Assembly: GCA_020632135.1 (NCBI GenBank) | Contig: JACKGC010000001.1 | Location: forward strand, 372,241 to 436,240 | Source: Candidatus Nomurabacteria bacterium | Lineage (GTDB): Bacteria > Patescibacteriota > Minisyncoccia > Phycocordibacterales > UBA918 | Direction: 5' to 3' | Length of the DNA stretch: 64,000 nt | Shown here: in pieces, positions 17,154 through 26,483 of the stretch | Layout: each line of letters begins with the position of its first letter | Numbering within the stretch: the stretch's first letter is position 1 | Made by a program: the position numbers and the translations under genes | The notes under the pieces: generated by a model | What the model was told of the DNA's origin: nothing | The model's input: only the letters and a program-made list of their open reading frames with translations | The model's database searches: none

Positions 17154-17511
17154 CACGACAGTACTGTGGTTGCGATCTGTCAAGAGTCGCGAGACTCGTG
17201 ACGAGCATGAAGGCTCTGTCTTCACACAAAAGAACGCAGCAACCATCATCTCGAATTCCGAGCATAGCAGAAGCTCAACAACGGATCTGACCACACCGTT
17301 GTTTGAAAATTACATATTGACCAACAAAAACACTGAAACAGCGTCTGCTGTCAAAGCGGTTTTGTTGTGTGCTATGCTTCGTGATCTGAATTGAGAAGGT
17401 GTCACAACCTTCCCACATCAGCTTGGCTGATGTGAGTGCGGCTTGGCCGTACTTCGTGCCTACGTGCGTTCTGTGCGTGGGGTGGTCACTGCAACAGAAG
17501 GAGAACTCATA

Positions 17512-17808
17512 ATGTTGCAACATCTCAGATTGTTGAGCGCTTGGCTTGGCCAGGCGTTGTTGTTGATGCTCGTCGGAATGAAGGCGAGTGTGGCAGAAGG
17601 GTTTGATGTCCTTGAAGGATTGGCTGAGAATACCTGGCTGACCTTCCGGTCTGATACCGTTTGGTTCGTGATTCTGATTGCCATCGGTTTGTTTGCGATC
17701 TTCGCGATCTTTGGTAGATGGAAGTGGCACCTTATTATCGGCATCGCTGTCGGTGTAACGGTATTGTATGGTGCTGAACGACTTCTGTCCCAGCTGATCG
17801 GTGGCTAG
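17512..17808 (+). CDS. virB2: VirB2/TrbC-like pilin candidate
   Basis: GGAG RBS, a signal-like N-terminus (LLSAWLGQALLLMLVGMKASVAEG), two hydrophobic helices, and the first position in the operon. Confidence 0.55.
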   Translation: MLQHLRLLSAWLGQALLLMLVGMKASVAEGFDVLEGLAENTWLTFRSDTVWFVILIAIGLFAIFAIFGRWKWHLIIGIAVGVTVLYGAERLLSQLIGG

Positions 17809-17829
17809 CCTCTTCTGAGGGATAAATCA

Positions 17830-18135
17830 ATGAATCAGCCAGACATCAAACTAAACTCACTATTCAAGGCTTTGACCGAACGGGTTGCCTTGTTAGGTCT
17901 CGTTCCGTATGGGACCGCAATCCTGATCATCACGATCGGCATGACTTCCATCCCGCTGTTTGAAGAAGTTGCGCAGAGTTGGGCGTTCATGATTGGCGCT
18001 CTTCTCATTGCTGCAGCCTTGCATGCACGGGATCAAGATCTGACCGCCATCATACTGATGCGGGCTAAGATCTTCTGGCGGGGCCGTAGCCCTAATTACT
18101 TCCGTGTCTGGCGTTGCCAGCACTACAGTCCGTAA
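17830..18135 (+). CDS. virB3: VirB3-like protein
   Basis: LFKALTERVALLGLVPYG resembles the VirB3 motif LFKGxTRPxxxxGVP. It lies immediately upstream of virB4. Confidence 0.65.
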   Translation: MNQPDIKLNSLFKALTERVALLGLVPYGTAILIITIGMTSIPLFEEVAQSWAFMIGALLIAAALHARDQDLTAIILMRAKIFWRGRSPNYFRVWRCQHYSP

Positions 18136-18186
18136 CAGCATGAGCGAAGGGGTGCATGGCGCCCCTTCGCGGCAGGAGTACTCTCT

Positions 18187-20679
18187 ATGAGACATGTCCA
18201 GTACGGCGTGGCGCGGACCGCGGGCGGCAAGTGCATGCGACGAGAACCGTCGCATGCGATGCATGTGCCGCACCGACATCACGTCTTCGATGAATACACG
18301 GTCAGTCTGGCCGATGGGAGCTTGATGCAAGTCCTCAGGCTCGAGGGGTTTCGTTTTGAGACAACAGATACAGAGGCGCTCGCCCGTAAGGCGGCTGCCT
18401 TCAACAATCTCTTGCGAAGCCAACACGAACACGTCTACCTCTACACCAACCTGATCCGTCGTCATGAGGATGCGCTCCCGGAGGGGGCGTTTCCACCGGG
18501 TTTCTCCCACGACCTCAACGAGGCGTGGTTGCAGGAATTCCGCGGCGGTAAGGTCTTCACCAACGACTACTATCTCACTATTGTTATGCGCGATCCGTTC
18601 GCGATGGCGAACTGGTGGGAGGAGTGGAAGATGCGATTGACACGTCGGTCGCAGACAGTTGGCCTGAGGGTACGTCAACAGCGTATGGCGAAAGAGTTGT
18701 CGTCCATTGTCACCTCGTTTCAGGGGTGGCTGCATGACTTCGGCACGAAACGTCTCGGGGTCAGTATACTGCACCCGGCAGGGAGTATGGTGCCAGTGCT
18801 TACTTCGGAAGTGCTGCAGCTGCTGTCGTACATCATCAATGGTGAGACAGCACCAGCGCGCTTGCCTTGCAGTACCTTGGCGGAAGCCACGTGTCAGCGG
18901 GAATGGTGGTTTCCAAATGGAACCTTCGTTTCAAAAGGAGTGTCGGAATCAGACACTTTTTATGGGGCGATGTTGTCGCTCCGAGAATATCCCAGCGAAG
19001 GGACTATGAATGGCATCTTTGATGACCTTCTCTCGCTACAGTTTGAGGTGGTGGTAAGTCAGAGCTTTGTGCGTGAACAGAATACGTTTGCACGCAAGCG
19101 GCTGGAGTTACAAAAGCAACGGTATATCTCAGCCAAGGAACACGAGCGAGTCATCAACAGTGTCGAAGACGCGATCGGGGAACTGGCTGCCAGTGAGGTC
19201 TGTTATGGACATCACCACCTCACCATCATGGTGCGGGCGGCGTCTCCAGAAGAACTCGAGTATCGGGTGGCGCTGATCAAACCTATCTTCTCGCACGTTG
19301 GCGTCGAGCTGGTGCGCGAAGGGCTCAACATGGAAGCGGCCTTCTGGGCCCAGTTGCCTGGCAATCGCGAGTATGCGATGCCACGTGGTTGGTCGTTGGT
19401 GAGCACTAAGAACATCGCTGACTTTGCCAGTTTCCACGCCTATGCGCGGGGAGAGGCGGGTGGTAGTTACTTAGGGTCCGCACTGTCGATCTGTAAGAGT
19501 AAGGGCAACACCCCCTACTTCATCAACCTCCATCAGGGAAAGAATGGGAGTACCTGCATTTTCGGTAAGACCGGATCGGGGAAAACGACCGCAGCTGCGT
19601 TTCTGGTCTCACAGTCTCAGAAATACGGCGGTCACACCATTATCTTCGACAAGGATGGCTCGTGGGAAAACTACGTGCGGGCGGAAGATGGTAACTATGC
19701 AACGGTGCGGCCGGGTGAACAAACCGGCTGGAATCCGCTGCAGTTGCCGGATACGCCAGAGAACCGACACTTCGTGAGCGGGTTCGTAAGTCTGCAGTTG
19801 AGTAAAACACTGAAGCAGTCACTGACTCGTGAACAAGAGCGACGGGTTACAGAAGCCGTCAGCCAGTTGTATGACGAATTCGAGCTTACGCAGCGACGTT
19901 ATGCTTTGCTGCGAGAGCTCCTCATCAACAAATCATTACAGGAGGCACTTGAACCTTGGATGGAAAAGGGGCAGTACGGTTGGCTGTTTGACAGCCCCGA
20001 ACACACGCTGTCATTTGACCAACCCATCACGGGGATCGAACTAGGATGGATCCTCGATCAGGGTGAGGTAGTGCGTACCCCGGCGGTATCGTTCCTGCTT
20101 TACTGCACCAAACAGGTGGTCGAGCGGGCACAGCTTCTGCGGATCATCTTGGAAGAAGCTTGGTTCTTATTGCGCGACGAAGCACTCGCCGCACAGTGTG
20201 AGGACTGGGTGCGGACCATGCGGAAGAAGGATGCCTTTCTTTTCTTTCTCTCGCAGAACCTTGATCTTGGCTCTCGAGCCGGGATGGCGATCTATGAGCA
20301 GAGCGCAACCAAGATCTTCTTCCCACCCTTTGCGGCGGAGCGGAAGGTCTACACTGAAACACTCGGGATCACCGAGGCGCAGTATGAGCTCATGTTCGGC
20401 GAGTCGGTTGAATCACGCACCATGCTCATTAAGCATGGTGAAGAAACGGTGGTGGGTGTGCTTGACCTCAGTGTCGTGCCAGAATACCTGCCGATCTTGG
20501 CGGGCGACAAAGAGTCGCTCCAACTAATGCGGAAACTCCGTGCTAAGCATGGTCCGCAGGCAGCTGACTGGCTGCCACACTTCAAAGTGGAGGTACTTCG
20601 TAATGAAAAAGCGAGCCTTGATACTACAGCTCATCGTAGCGACCATGGTAATGTTTGGGTCGAGCGGGATACCCGCTAA
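18187..20679 (+). CDS. virB4: VirB4-family T4SS ATPase
   Basis: 830 aa. Walker A is IFGKTGSGKTT. Length and layout are typical of VirB4/TrbE. AGGAG RBS. Confidence 0.95.
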   Translation: MRHVQYGVARTAGGKCMRREPSHAMHVPHRHHVFDEYTVSLADGSLMQVLRLEGFRFETTDTEALARKAAAFNNLLRSQHEHVYLYTNLIRRHEDALPEGAFPPGFSHDLNEAWLQEFRGGKVFTNDYYLTIVMRDPFAMANWWEEWKMRLTRRSQTVGLRVRQQRMAKELSSIVTSFQGWLHDFGTKRLGVSILHPAGSMVPVLTSEVLQLLSYIINGETAPARLPCSTLAEATCQREWWFPNGTFVSKGVSESDTFYGAMLSLREYPSEGTMNGIFDDLLSLQFEVVVSQSFVREQNTFARKRLELQKQRYISAKEHERVINSVEDAIGELAASEVCYGHHHLTIMVRAASPEELEYRVALIKPIFSHVGVELVREGLNMEAAFWAQLPGNREYAMPRGWSLVSTKNIADFASFHAYARGEAGGSYLGSALSICKSKGNTPYFINLHQGKNGSTCIFGKTGSGKTTAAAFLVSQSQKYGGHTIIFDKDGSWENYVRAEDGNYATVRPGEQTGWNPLQLPDTPENRHFVSGFVSLQLSKTLKQSLTREQERRVTEAVSQLYDEFELTQRRYALLRELLINKSLQEALEPWMEKGQYGWLFDSPEHTLSFDQPITGIELGWILDQGEVVRTPAVSFLLYCTKQVVERAQLLRIILEEAWFLLRDEALAAQCEDWVRTMRKKDAFLFFLSQNLDLGSRAGMAIYEQSATKIFFPPFAAERKVYTETLGITEAQYELMFGESVESRTMLIKHGEETVVGVLDLSVVPEYLPILAGDKESLQLMRKLRAKHGPQAADWLPHFKVEVLRNEKASLDTTAHRSDHGNVWVERDTR

Positions 20680-21379
20680 GACCCTCATTGTCCAAGACCC
20701 ATGGAATCTCATCCACAACCTACACTCAGCTGAGCGACTGGCTGAGATCATCGGTATCTCGGTCGACCAGCTCTATGAGTTGGTGGAGATGGTGGAACTC
20801 ACCACGAAGGTGCTTGATGAAGCGACCCAGATCCACCACGCGACCACCGACCGGTGGGCGATCGAAGAGCGGGTTCGGGTCTTGCTTGACGAACATGTCG
20901 GTACTTGGATCCAGACCAATGTGCCACTGGCATATCATGACCTCATGACCTCACTGGTCAACGGTCACCTCAGCGGCTACTTCACCAGTCTTCGGGAAGA
21001 CTACCCAATGTTGACTGACTACGAACGTGATCCGTGGCACCCTGAGAGTGCGCGAGCGAGGTACTACACCGGCTTGCAAGAGCGGATCGACGCAGCTGAT
21101 GTCATGGTGCAGTATCAGTTTGATCGCGCGCCGGAGACCTACAAGGTCTATGATGGATTGCGCGCTCAGCTGCCACAGCCACACATCAATGGAGCAGTAG
21201 CAGTACTCACGGAGGCGACACTGCAAAGTGCCTACGCCAACGAACAGTTCTATCGAGCTCAGGCGGCCCGGGATGCAGCAGGGCTGCAAGACCAACGTCG
21301 GCTCATCGAAGGGCGCCGTAACTGGGCGAACTTCGTCAATGTGCGAGACCCGGCCACGCGGTTTGGGTTTCTGCGATGA
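20603..21379 (+). CDS. virB5: Secreted helical protein in the VirB5/TrbJ position
   Basis: GGAGG RBS and signal peptide MKKRALILQLIVATMVMFGSSGIPA. It overlaps the virB4 3' end by 77 nt. Assignment is by position only. Confidence 0.35.
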   Translation: MKKRALILQLIVATMVMFGSSGIPAKTLIVQDPWNLIHNLHSAERLAEIIGISVDQLYELVEMVELTTKVLDEATQIHHATTDRWAIEERVRVLLDEHVGTWIQTNVPLAYHDLMTSLVNGHLSGYFTSLREDYPMLTDYERDPWHPESARARYYTGLQERIDAADVMVQYQFDRAPETYKVYDGLRAQLPQPHINGAVAVLTEATLQSAYANEQFYRAQAARDAAGLQDQRRLIEGRRNWANFVNVRDPATRFGFLR

Positions 21380-21439
21380 ATCATCACGGGCTGCTCAGTC
21401 ATAGCGGCTGAGCAGCCCTTTCTTGTAGGAGGAATCACC

Positions 21440-22336
21440 ATGGCAGATGCCCCAGGGTTTCTTGAAGAGAATTTCGTTCGCGTTGAAGAGGAGATAATCT
21501 TCGGTGTCGTATTGAAGGTGTATGAGGGTTTGGTGCATGACTGGCACACGACTCTCGTCTACATGTCACTGATCTTGATCGGTTGGATGGCACTTGAGTG
21601 GTTATTCTTACCCTCGAGCACTACCATTCGTAGTACAGTGAAGAAGATGCTCATTCTGACCATTGTCTGGGCGTTCTTGAAAAATTTCAGTACGTTCGCG
21701 ACCTTTGTGTACAGACCGATCGTGCATGGCCCGAAGGAGCTTTCGGCTTCTATAGTCAGTGCCCTGACGGGTAAAGAAACAAATTCGTATGCGAGTTTGG
21801 ACGGGCTGCTTGATGCGGCCATTGCGATCGTCTTGCAACTATTAGACCAGGCTGGTTTCTCGGTCGAAGGGATCGGATTCCTTGCGCTCGCGCTCTTCTT
21901 CGCTCTGTTCGCAGGGCGAGCGATCGCTGAAGCTGCAGGATACATCCTCATCATCATTGTCGTGACTGGCGTGCTGATGTTTTTCGCACCGATCGCCATT
22001 GCCTTTGCGATGTACGACTGGTCACGCGGGGTCACTAAGGCGTGGTTTCGCGCGCTCGTGGGAGTAGCCTTTGCGCAAATATTCTTGCATGCAGCCTTAG
22101 TGCTCATGCTCGGTATCATTGGTGACAAGGTTCTCTCAGGTGCTATTGGCACCGAAGAACTCGATGCGCAGTGGGTCTTTCTCAGCATGCTGCTGATGTA
22201 CCTGGCGTTTCGCGTATTCCGCGCCGCCATGGGTAGGGCCGATGCGCTTTCTGCAGGGATCATGGCTGAATCAAGCCGTGACCTCAAAAGTTCCATCGCA
22301 TCGCTGAAGCAAGCGGTGCATCGTCGTAAGAAATGA
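21440..22336 (+). CDS. virB6: VirB6/TrbL-like polytopic membrane protein
   Basis: Multiple TM helices, GGAGGA RBS, and its position after virB5. Confidence 0.7.
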   Translation: MADAPGFLEENFVRVEEEIIFGVVLKVYEGLVHDWHTTLVYMSLILIGWMALEWLFLPSSTTIRSTVKKMLILTIVWAFLKNFSTFATFVYRPIVHGPKELSASIVSALTGKETNSYASLDGLLDAAIAIVLQLLDQAGFSVEGIGFLALALFFALFAGRAIAEAAGYILIIIVVTGVLMFFAPIAIAFAMYDWSRGVTKAWFRALVGVAFAQIFLHAALVLMLGIIGDKVLSGAIGTEELDAQWVFLSMLLMYLAFRVFRAAMGRADALSAGIMAESSRDLKSSIASLKQAVHRRKK

Positions 22337-22361
22337 TAACGCTCACAACGGAGGTACGCTA

Positions 22362-22526
22362 ATGAGGTTCATCATCCTTGGATTATGTTCTCTGGGTATT
22401 GTTGCGTGCGGTAGTACCGTACCGATGGTCTCAGATGATTCACCTTGTACGGGTGTGCTCATTGAGCACGAGCTCGTGCGAGACTCGTATCCACTACTAC
22501 AAAAGGGGTCCGACCATGCAGAGTGA
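22362..22526 (+). CDS. virB7: VirB7-like small lipoprotein (54 aa), absent from the ORF track
   Basis: GGAGG RBS 7 nt upstream. MRFIILGLCSLGIVAC|GSTVPMVSDDSPC... with a lipobox Cys. Lies between virB6 and virB8 and overlaps the virB8 start. Confidence 0.5.
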   Translation: MRFIILGLCSLGIVACGSTVPMVSDDSPCTGVLIEHELVRDSYPLLQKGSDHAE

Positions 22527-23304
22527 ATCCAACGTTATTCAGTTGAGTGACCCACACGTGCCAGCGGCACTGCAGGAGGTCATGCAACACTTCTTCCAGT
22601 ATGCCGGTCGCCAAGAGGCAGACCATATCGCTCGCGTGCGCCGCCTAGTGCGCGCCGCTGTCATGATGCTGGTTGTGTCACTAGCGATCAGCGCTGCTGG
22701 CGTAACCACGCTCTATCTGATCTACCAAAGATTGCCTGAGCTCACGCACGTGCAGTACGGATTGATCGAGGTCGACAAAACTCTCGGACAGGTGCGAGAG
22801 ATCAAGATGCTCACTGAGCCATACAAGATCAATACAGCAGTTCGTAACAATTTGCTCGCCGACGTTCTGCGTCAGCTGGAGCAGTACGATTCTGACTTGA
22901 ATCGGTATTGGGCAAATAATGTGTATTGGTTTGTGACCGATGAAGTCTTCGAGCCATACTTCGCCCGTCTGAAACAGCGAATGGACGAAAAACAGCAGCG
23001 GACCACACTGATTGAGATCACGGTTCCGCCGGTAGAGATCACCACACATGCCAATGACGGAGCGAAGAACACCTCAGTCATTGAGTACAACCAAATTGCT
23101 AGGTCTGCCGATGGGAGCGAGGAAGTGTTCGCAAAAAAAGCGTACCTGACCTACCGCTTCGTGCCATACAAGAAGTTGGCCCCCGGGGAGACCTATACTG
23201 AAATGCAGAGATTAAAGATGTTGAAAAACCCCTTTGGTCTCGTGGTGAGTCGCTTCTCAGTTGAGAACATCTTCACCCAGCACACGAAAGAGGTAACACA
23301 ATGA
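22516..23304 (+). CDS. virB8: VirB8-like bitopic protein
   Basis: Start at MQSESNVIQL. Cytoplasmic N-terminus, one TM helix (AAVMMLVVSLAISAAGVTTLYLIY) and a periplasmic domain. Confidence 0.6.
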   Translation: MQSESNVIQLSDPHVPAALQEVMQHFFQYAGRQEADHIARVRRLVRAAVMMLVVSLAISAAGVTTLYLIYQRLPELTHVQYGLIEVDKTLGQVREIKMLTEPYKINTAVRNNLLADVLRQLEQYDSDLNRYWANNVYWFVTDEVFEPYFARLKQRMDEKQQRTTLIEITVPPVEITTHANDGAKNTSVIEYNQIARSADGSEEVFAKKAYLTYRFVPYKKLAPGETYTEMQRLKMLKNPFGLVVSRFSVENIFTQHTKEVTQ

Positions 23305-24197
23305 AACAGCTACTCATGCTGATAGGCCTTCAGTGCCTACTGTCAGTACTGGTGGTGCACGCGGCAGCAACGCCCGAGCGCCAGTTGGTGGATGCTAAGA
23401 CAGTGAAGTACTCGTATCGTCACGGCCAGACCTATGAGCTGGGATTGACGGTCGGGTACCTCTCACTGATCGAGTTTCCGGTGGCAGAGACGATCGTCGA
23501 AGCGACCAGTGCCGCAGATCCGGCAGTGTGGGTGACCTCACAACCGGCCCCGCACCTCTTCACGATCAAGACTGTCCGTGCTGGTGGCGATGTGAACTTT
23601 CTCATCACCACACACGATGGTCTGCAGTACCGAACGTATATGTTCCACATCACAACTACTGAGGTGATCGCAGCTGATGCTGCGGACCCAGAGCCGATGA
23701 TGTGGCAGGTGCAGTTTGAAGCACCACCGACACCAATGGTGCTGGCTGGCAAATCAAAGACACCAGTGGCACCGCCGCCTAAGCGGCCGAGCCTCCTTGA
23801 AGCTACGCCGTCAGCCCTGCGTCACTACACGTACGAAGGGTCCGGCAACCAACGTCTAGCGCCCGTGGTGGCGTTTGATAACGGTAAGTTTACCTTCCTG
23901 CGTTTCTCACCCGATCGGCCTTGGCCGGTCATCTACGTGTCCGATCTGGTCACGGGTAAGGAGCGTTTGGTGAATCCACGCCAAGAAGGCCCCGACATCA
24001 TTGTGGAGGGCGTCTATGGCAAGTTGGTGCTGCGCTACGGTACCGAGGCACATGCGTGTCTATGGAATACCAGGCTGGTCACGCCGGATTCAGACGAGAA
24101 GACCTTCTCGATCATGGCTCCGGCACGAACTGGTTTGGCAAAGAAAAAACCAGCTAATCTAACGGGAGAGACATATGACCCGCTCAACAACCTCTGA
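23301..24197 (+). CDS. virB9: VirB9/TrbG/CagX-like protein
   Basis: Signal peptide. N-terminal domain WVTSQPAPHLFTIKTVRAGGDVNFLITTHDGLQYRTYMFHI. C-terminal domain YTYEGSGNQRLAPVVAFDNGKFTFLRF...LVNPRQEG. Confidence 0.8.
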   Translation: MKQLLMLIGLQCLLSVLVVHAAATPERQLVDAKTVKYSYRHGQTYELGLTVGYLSLIEFPVAETIVEATSAADPAVWVTSQPAPHLFTIKTVRAGGDVNFLITTHDGLQYRTYMFHITTTEVIAADAADPEPMMWQVQFEAPPTPMVLAGKSKTPVAPPPKRPSLLEATPSALRHYTYEGSGNQRLAPVVAFDNGKFTFLRFSPDRPWPVIYVSDLVTGKERLVNPRQEGPDIIVEGVYGKLVLRYGTEAHACLWNTRLVTPDSDEKTFSIMAPARTGLAKKKPANLTGETYDPLNNL

Positions 24198-25335
24198 CGG
24201 TGGTAACGACCGGCAGCGAGAACGTGAAGCGTTGGAGCAAACGCTCAACCAGCAGAACCCGACCGACCGGTTGGGTCTGCGTGATCCAAAGTTGCTCTTC
24301 ATAGTGGCACTGGCCGCACTAGCGGTGCTGGTAACCTACTTTCTCTCCGGAGATACAGAACCACGCCAGAAAGTCACTGAGGCAGAAGTGTTGGAGGAGC
24401 CAGTGCATGGCCCGCCGAAGCATTTTCCGAAACAACGATCTTTCCTTGATGATCTCAAGCGAGAGATCGTACCAGGAGAGTCACTTGTGGAAACCGACGC
24501 ACAGTTCTGGCGCAAGAGTGCCGCGAGTGGAAAAGCAATTCGGCTTGATACCCCTAAACCGCCCACGGTCGCTGCTACCAAGCGCGCCGGGCAGGCAGGG
24601 GAGTATCATGCTGCTGGCTACAATGCGCCGCCGCCGCAAAATGGCAGAGCGCAAGTGGCAAAAGCAGAAACCGGCCCGTACGACGACCCGACGGTCAGTC
24701 AGTACGTGCAGACCGTGCGTCCGGAGACACTCTGGCACAACCAAAACCGCATTAAGCGTGGTAAGACGCTCACTATCATCATGGAGCGTCCGATCGTCAG
24801 CACCTTCCCTTCGAAAGTGAAGGGGTATCTGGTTGAGCCGGTGTATGCAGAATCTGGTGATCAGGTGCTGCTGCCCCGGTACACTGAACTCCACGGCACT
24901 GCAGCCAATGAAGAGATTGGCAATACGCAGGACCGGCTCGGAGTGATGTGGGAATACGCGGAGTACCGCGTCCATGGTGCGACCGACGGTATTGTCCGGG
25001 TCCCGTTTGAATCAGCGGTCTATGACCAGCTGGGACGGGTCGGCGTCGCCGGGAAGGTGAACACCTTCTTCTGGCAACGCTTTGGTAACGCACTTCTTAC
25101 TTCTTTCATTGGGGCGGTTGCGAGTAATGTCGGCGCTGCCACTGATGATGCGAGCAATGCGCAGCAAGCGTACATCGAGGCCTTCACGCACTCAACACAA
25201 CGTGAGGCGCAGCGCTCACTTCAGGCTCAAAATGTCTGGAAGCCGCGCATAGATGTTTCACGCGCGATCATTGTCACTGCCTTCGCCCAACGGGATATTC
25301 TGTGGGAGGAAGGTCAGGCTGAGGGCTTGCGATGA
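24175..25335 (+). CDS. virB10: VirB10/TrbI-like protein
   Basis: N-terminal TM helix, Pro-rich region and a TrbI-like C-terminus (LPRYTELHGTA...QDRLGVMWEYAEY...DQLGRVGVAGKVNTFF). Confidence 0.8.
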   Translation: MTRSTTSDGGNDRQREREALEQTLNQQNPTDRLGLRDPKLLFIVALAALAVLVTYFLSGDTEPRQKVTEAEVLEEPVHGPPKHFPKQRSFLDDLKREIVPGESLVETDAQFWRKSAASGKAIRLDTPKPPTVAATKRAGQAGEYHAAGYNAPPPQNGRAQVAKAETGPYDDPTVSQYVQTVRPETLWHNQNRIKRGKTLTIIMERPIVSTFPSKVKGYLVEPVYAESGDQVLLPRYTELHGTAANEEIGNTQDRLGVMWEYAEYRVHGATDGIVRVPFESAVYDQLGRVGVAGKVNTFFWQRFGNALLTSFIGAVASNVGAATDDASNAQQAYIEAFTHSTQREAQRSLQAQNVWKPRIDVSRAIIVTAFAQRDILWEEGQAEGLR

Positions 25336-26348
25336 ATGCGCATAATGCTCTCGATCGGTACCTTGGGTACCTAGAACGATACCTCAATGACAAGGATGTT
25401 GTTGAGGTGATGATCAACAAACCAGTCAGTACGTCCGGCCCTGCTACTGTGTTCGTCGAACGCGGCGGGGTGATGGAGCAACACGAAGACACTGAACTCA
25501 CGTTCGATCGACTGCGGCAGATCGCGCAGTTGGCGGCGAGTTACTCAGATCAACCTGAGCACACGGAGGCGTATCCGCTCATTGCGGCCACACTCCCCAC
25601 GGGAGAGCGGGTGCAGGCGGTACTCCCACCAGCAACGGTATCAGACCGAGTGGTCATCGCCATTCGGAAACACACACATACCAACTTGAGTCTGGAGGAT
25701 TACCGCGACAACGGTGCCTTCCGTTTGACCAAGCAGACCAATCTCGAGAGTGAAAACATCTACCGAGAACTCGAATCGCTCTACCGAGAAGGAACGTTCT
25801 ATGAGTTCACCAAAATGGCGATCGACTCACGGTTGACCATCCTGATCTCAGGAGGCACGTCCAGCGGCAAGACCACATTCTTACGGGCCTGCCTACGGGC
25901 TATTAGTCAAGACGAGCGGATCATTACGATCGAGGACAGTCTGGAGTTGCAGTTAGTACGGCCCAATACGGTGCCGCTGTTGTATCCACGACAAGGGACA
26001 CAGACCAACCGACACACGGCGCAAGACTTGGTGCAGGCATCACTACGCCTACGTCCCGATCGCATCTTTCTCGGAGAGCTGCGGGGACCAGAAGCCTTTG
26101 ATTTTCTCGAAGCGGTCAACTCGGGGCATCCGGGGAGCGCTGCCTCCATCCATGCCAACTCCTCGTATCTGGCGCGCGCAAAACTGGCAATGCTTGTCTC
26201 GCGCGCTAAGACCAACATGACCTACGACTCGATCGTCCGTTTAATCGACACGACCATTGATGTTGCGATACACTGCGCGCGTCGTGGTCCGGGGGATTGG
26301 GGTATCCAAGAAGTGTATTTTCCCAAAGCTGCTGCGGCGGCTGAGTGA
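25332..26348 (+). CDS. virB11: VirB11-family traffic ATPase
   Basis: Walker A is ISGGTSSGKTTFLRA. Also IFLGELRGPEAFDFLEAVNSGHPGS. Confidence 0.9.
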   Translation: MNAHNALDRYLGYLERYLNDKDVVEVMINKPVSTSGPATVFVERGGVMEQHEDTELTFDRLRQIAQLAASYSDQPEHTEAYPLIAATLPTGERVQAVLPPATVSDRVVIAIRKHTHTNLSLEDYRDNGAFRLTKQTNLESENIYRELESLYREGTFYEFTKMAIDSRLTILISGGTSSGKTTFLRACLRAISQDERIITIEDSLELQLVRPNTVPLLYPRQGTQTNRHTAQDLVQASLRLRPDRIFLGELRGPEAFDFLEAVNSGHPGSAASIHANSSYLARAKLAMLVSRAKTNMTYDSIVRLIDTTIDVAIHCARRGPGDWGIQEVYFPKAAAAAE

Positions 26349-26402
26349 TTGGTCAGTATGTGTTTGTAGTTCTTTTACGATCCAGTTCATTTCGATCTTT
26401 CT

Positions 26403-26437
26403 CAAGCTCGCACTTCAGTGCGAGCTTGCTTTTTTTA
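26403..26437 (+). terminator. Terminator closing the T4SS operon
   Basis: CAAGCTCGCAC-ttca-GTGCGAGCTTG followed by CTTTTTTT. Confidence 0.8.
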
Positions 26438-26483
26438 TACTTCGCGGTAGGCTGACAAAGGATTTTTGAAGGAGGATCCGTTC

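Noticed and set aside
17893-18774. 293-aa minus-strand ORF across virB3 and virB4.
   Set aside because: It is antisense to two well-supported T4SS genes. It has no RBS or promoter and no recognisable motif, and it has the Arg/Pro-rich composition typical of shadow frames in GC-rich coding DNA.
21559-22296. 245-aa minus-strand ORF antisense to virB6.
   Set aside because: It is a shadow ORF of a strongly hydrophobic plus-strand gene, with low-complexity Ala/Ser/Arg content.
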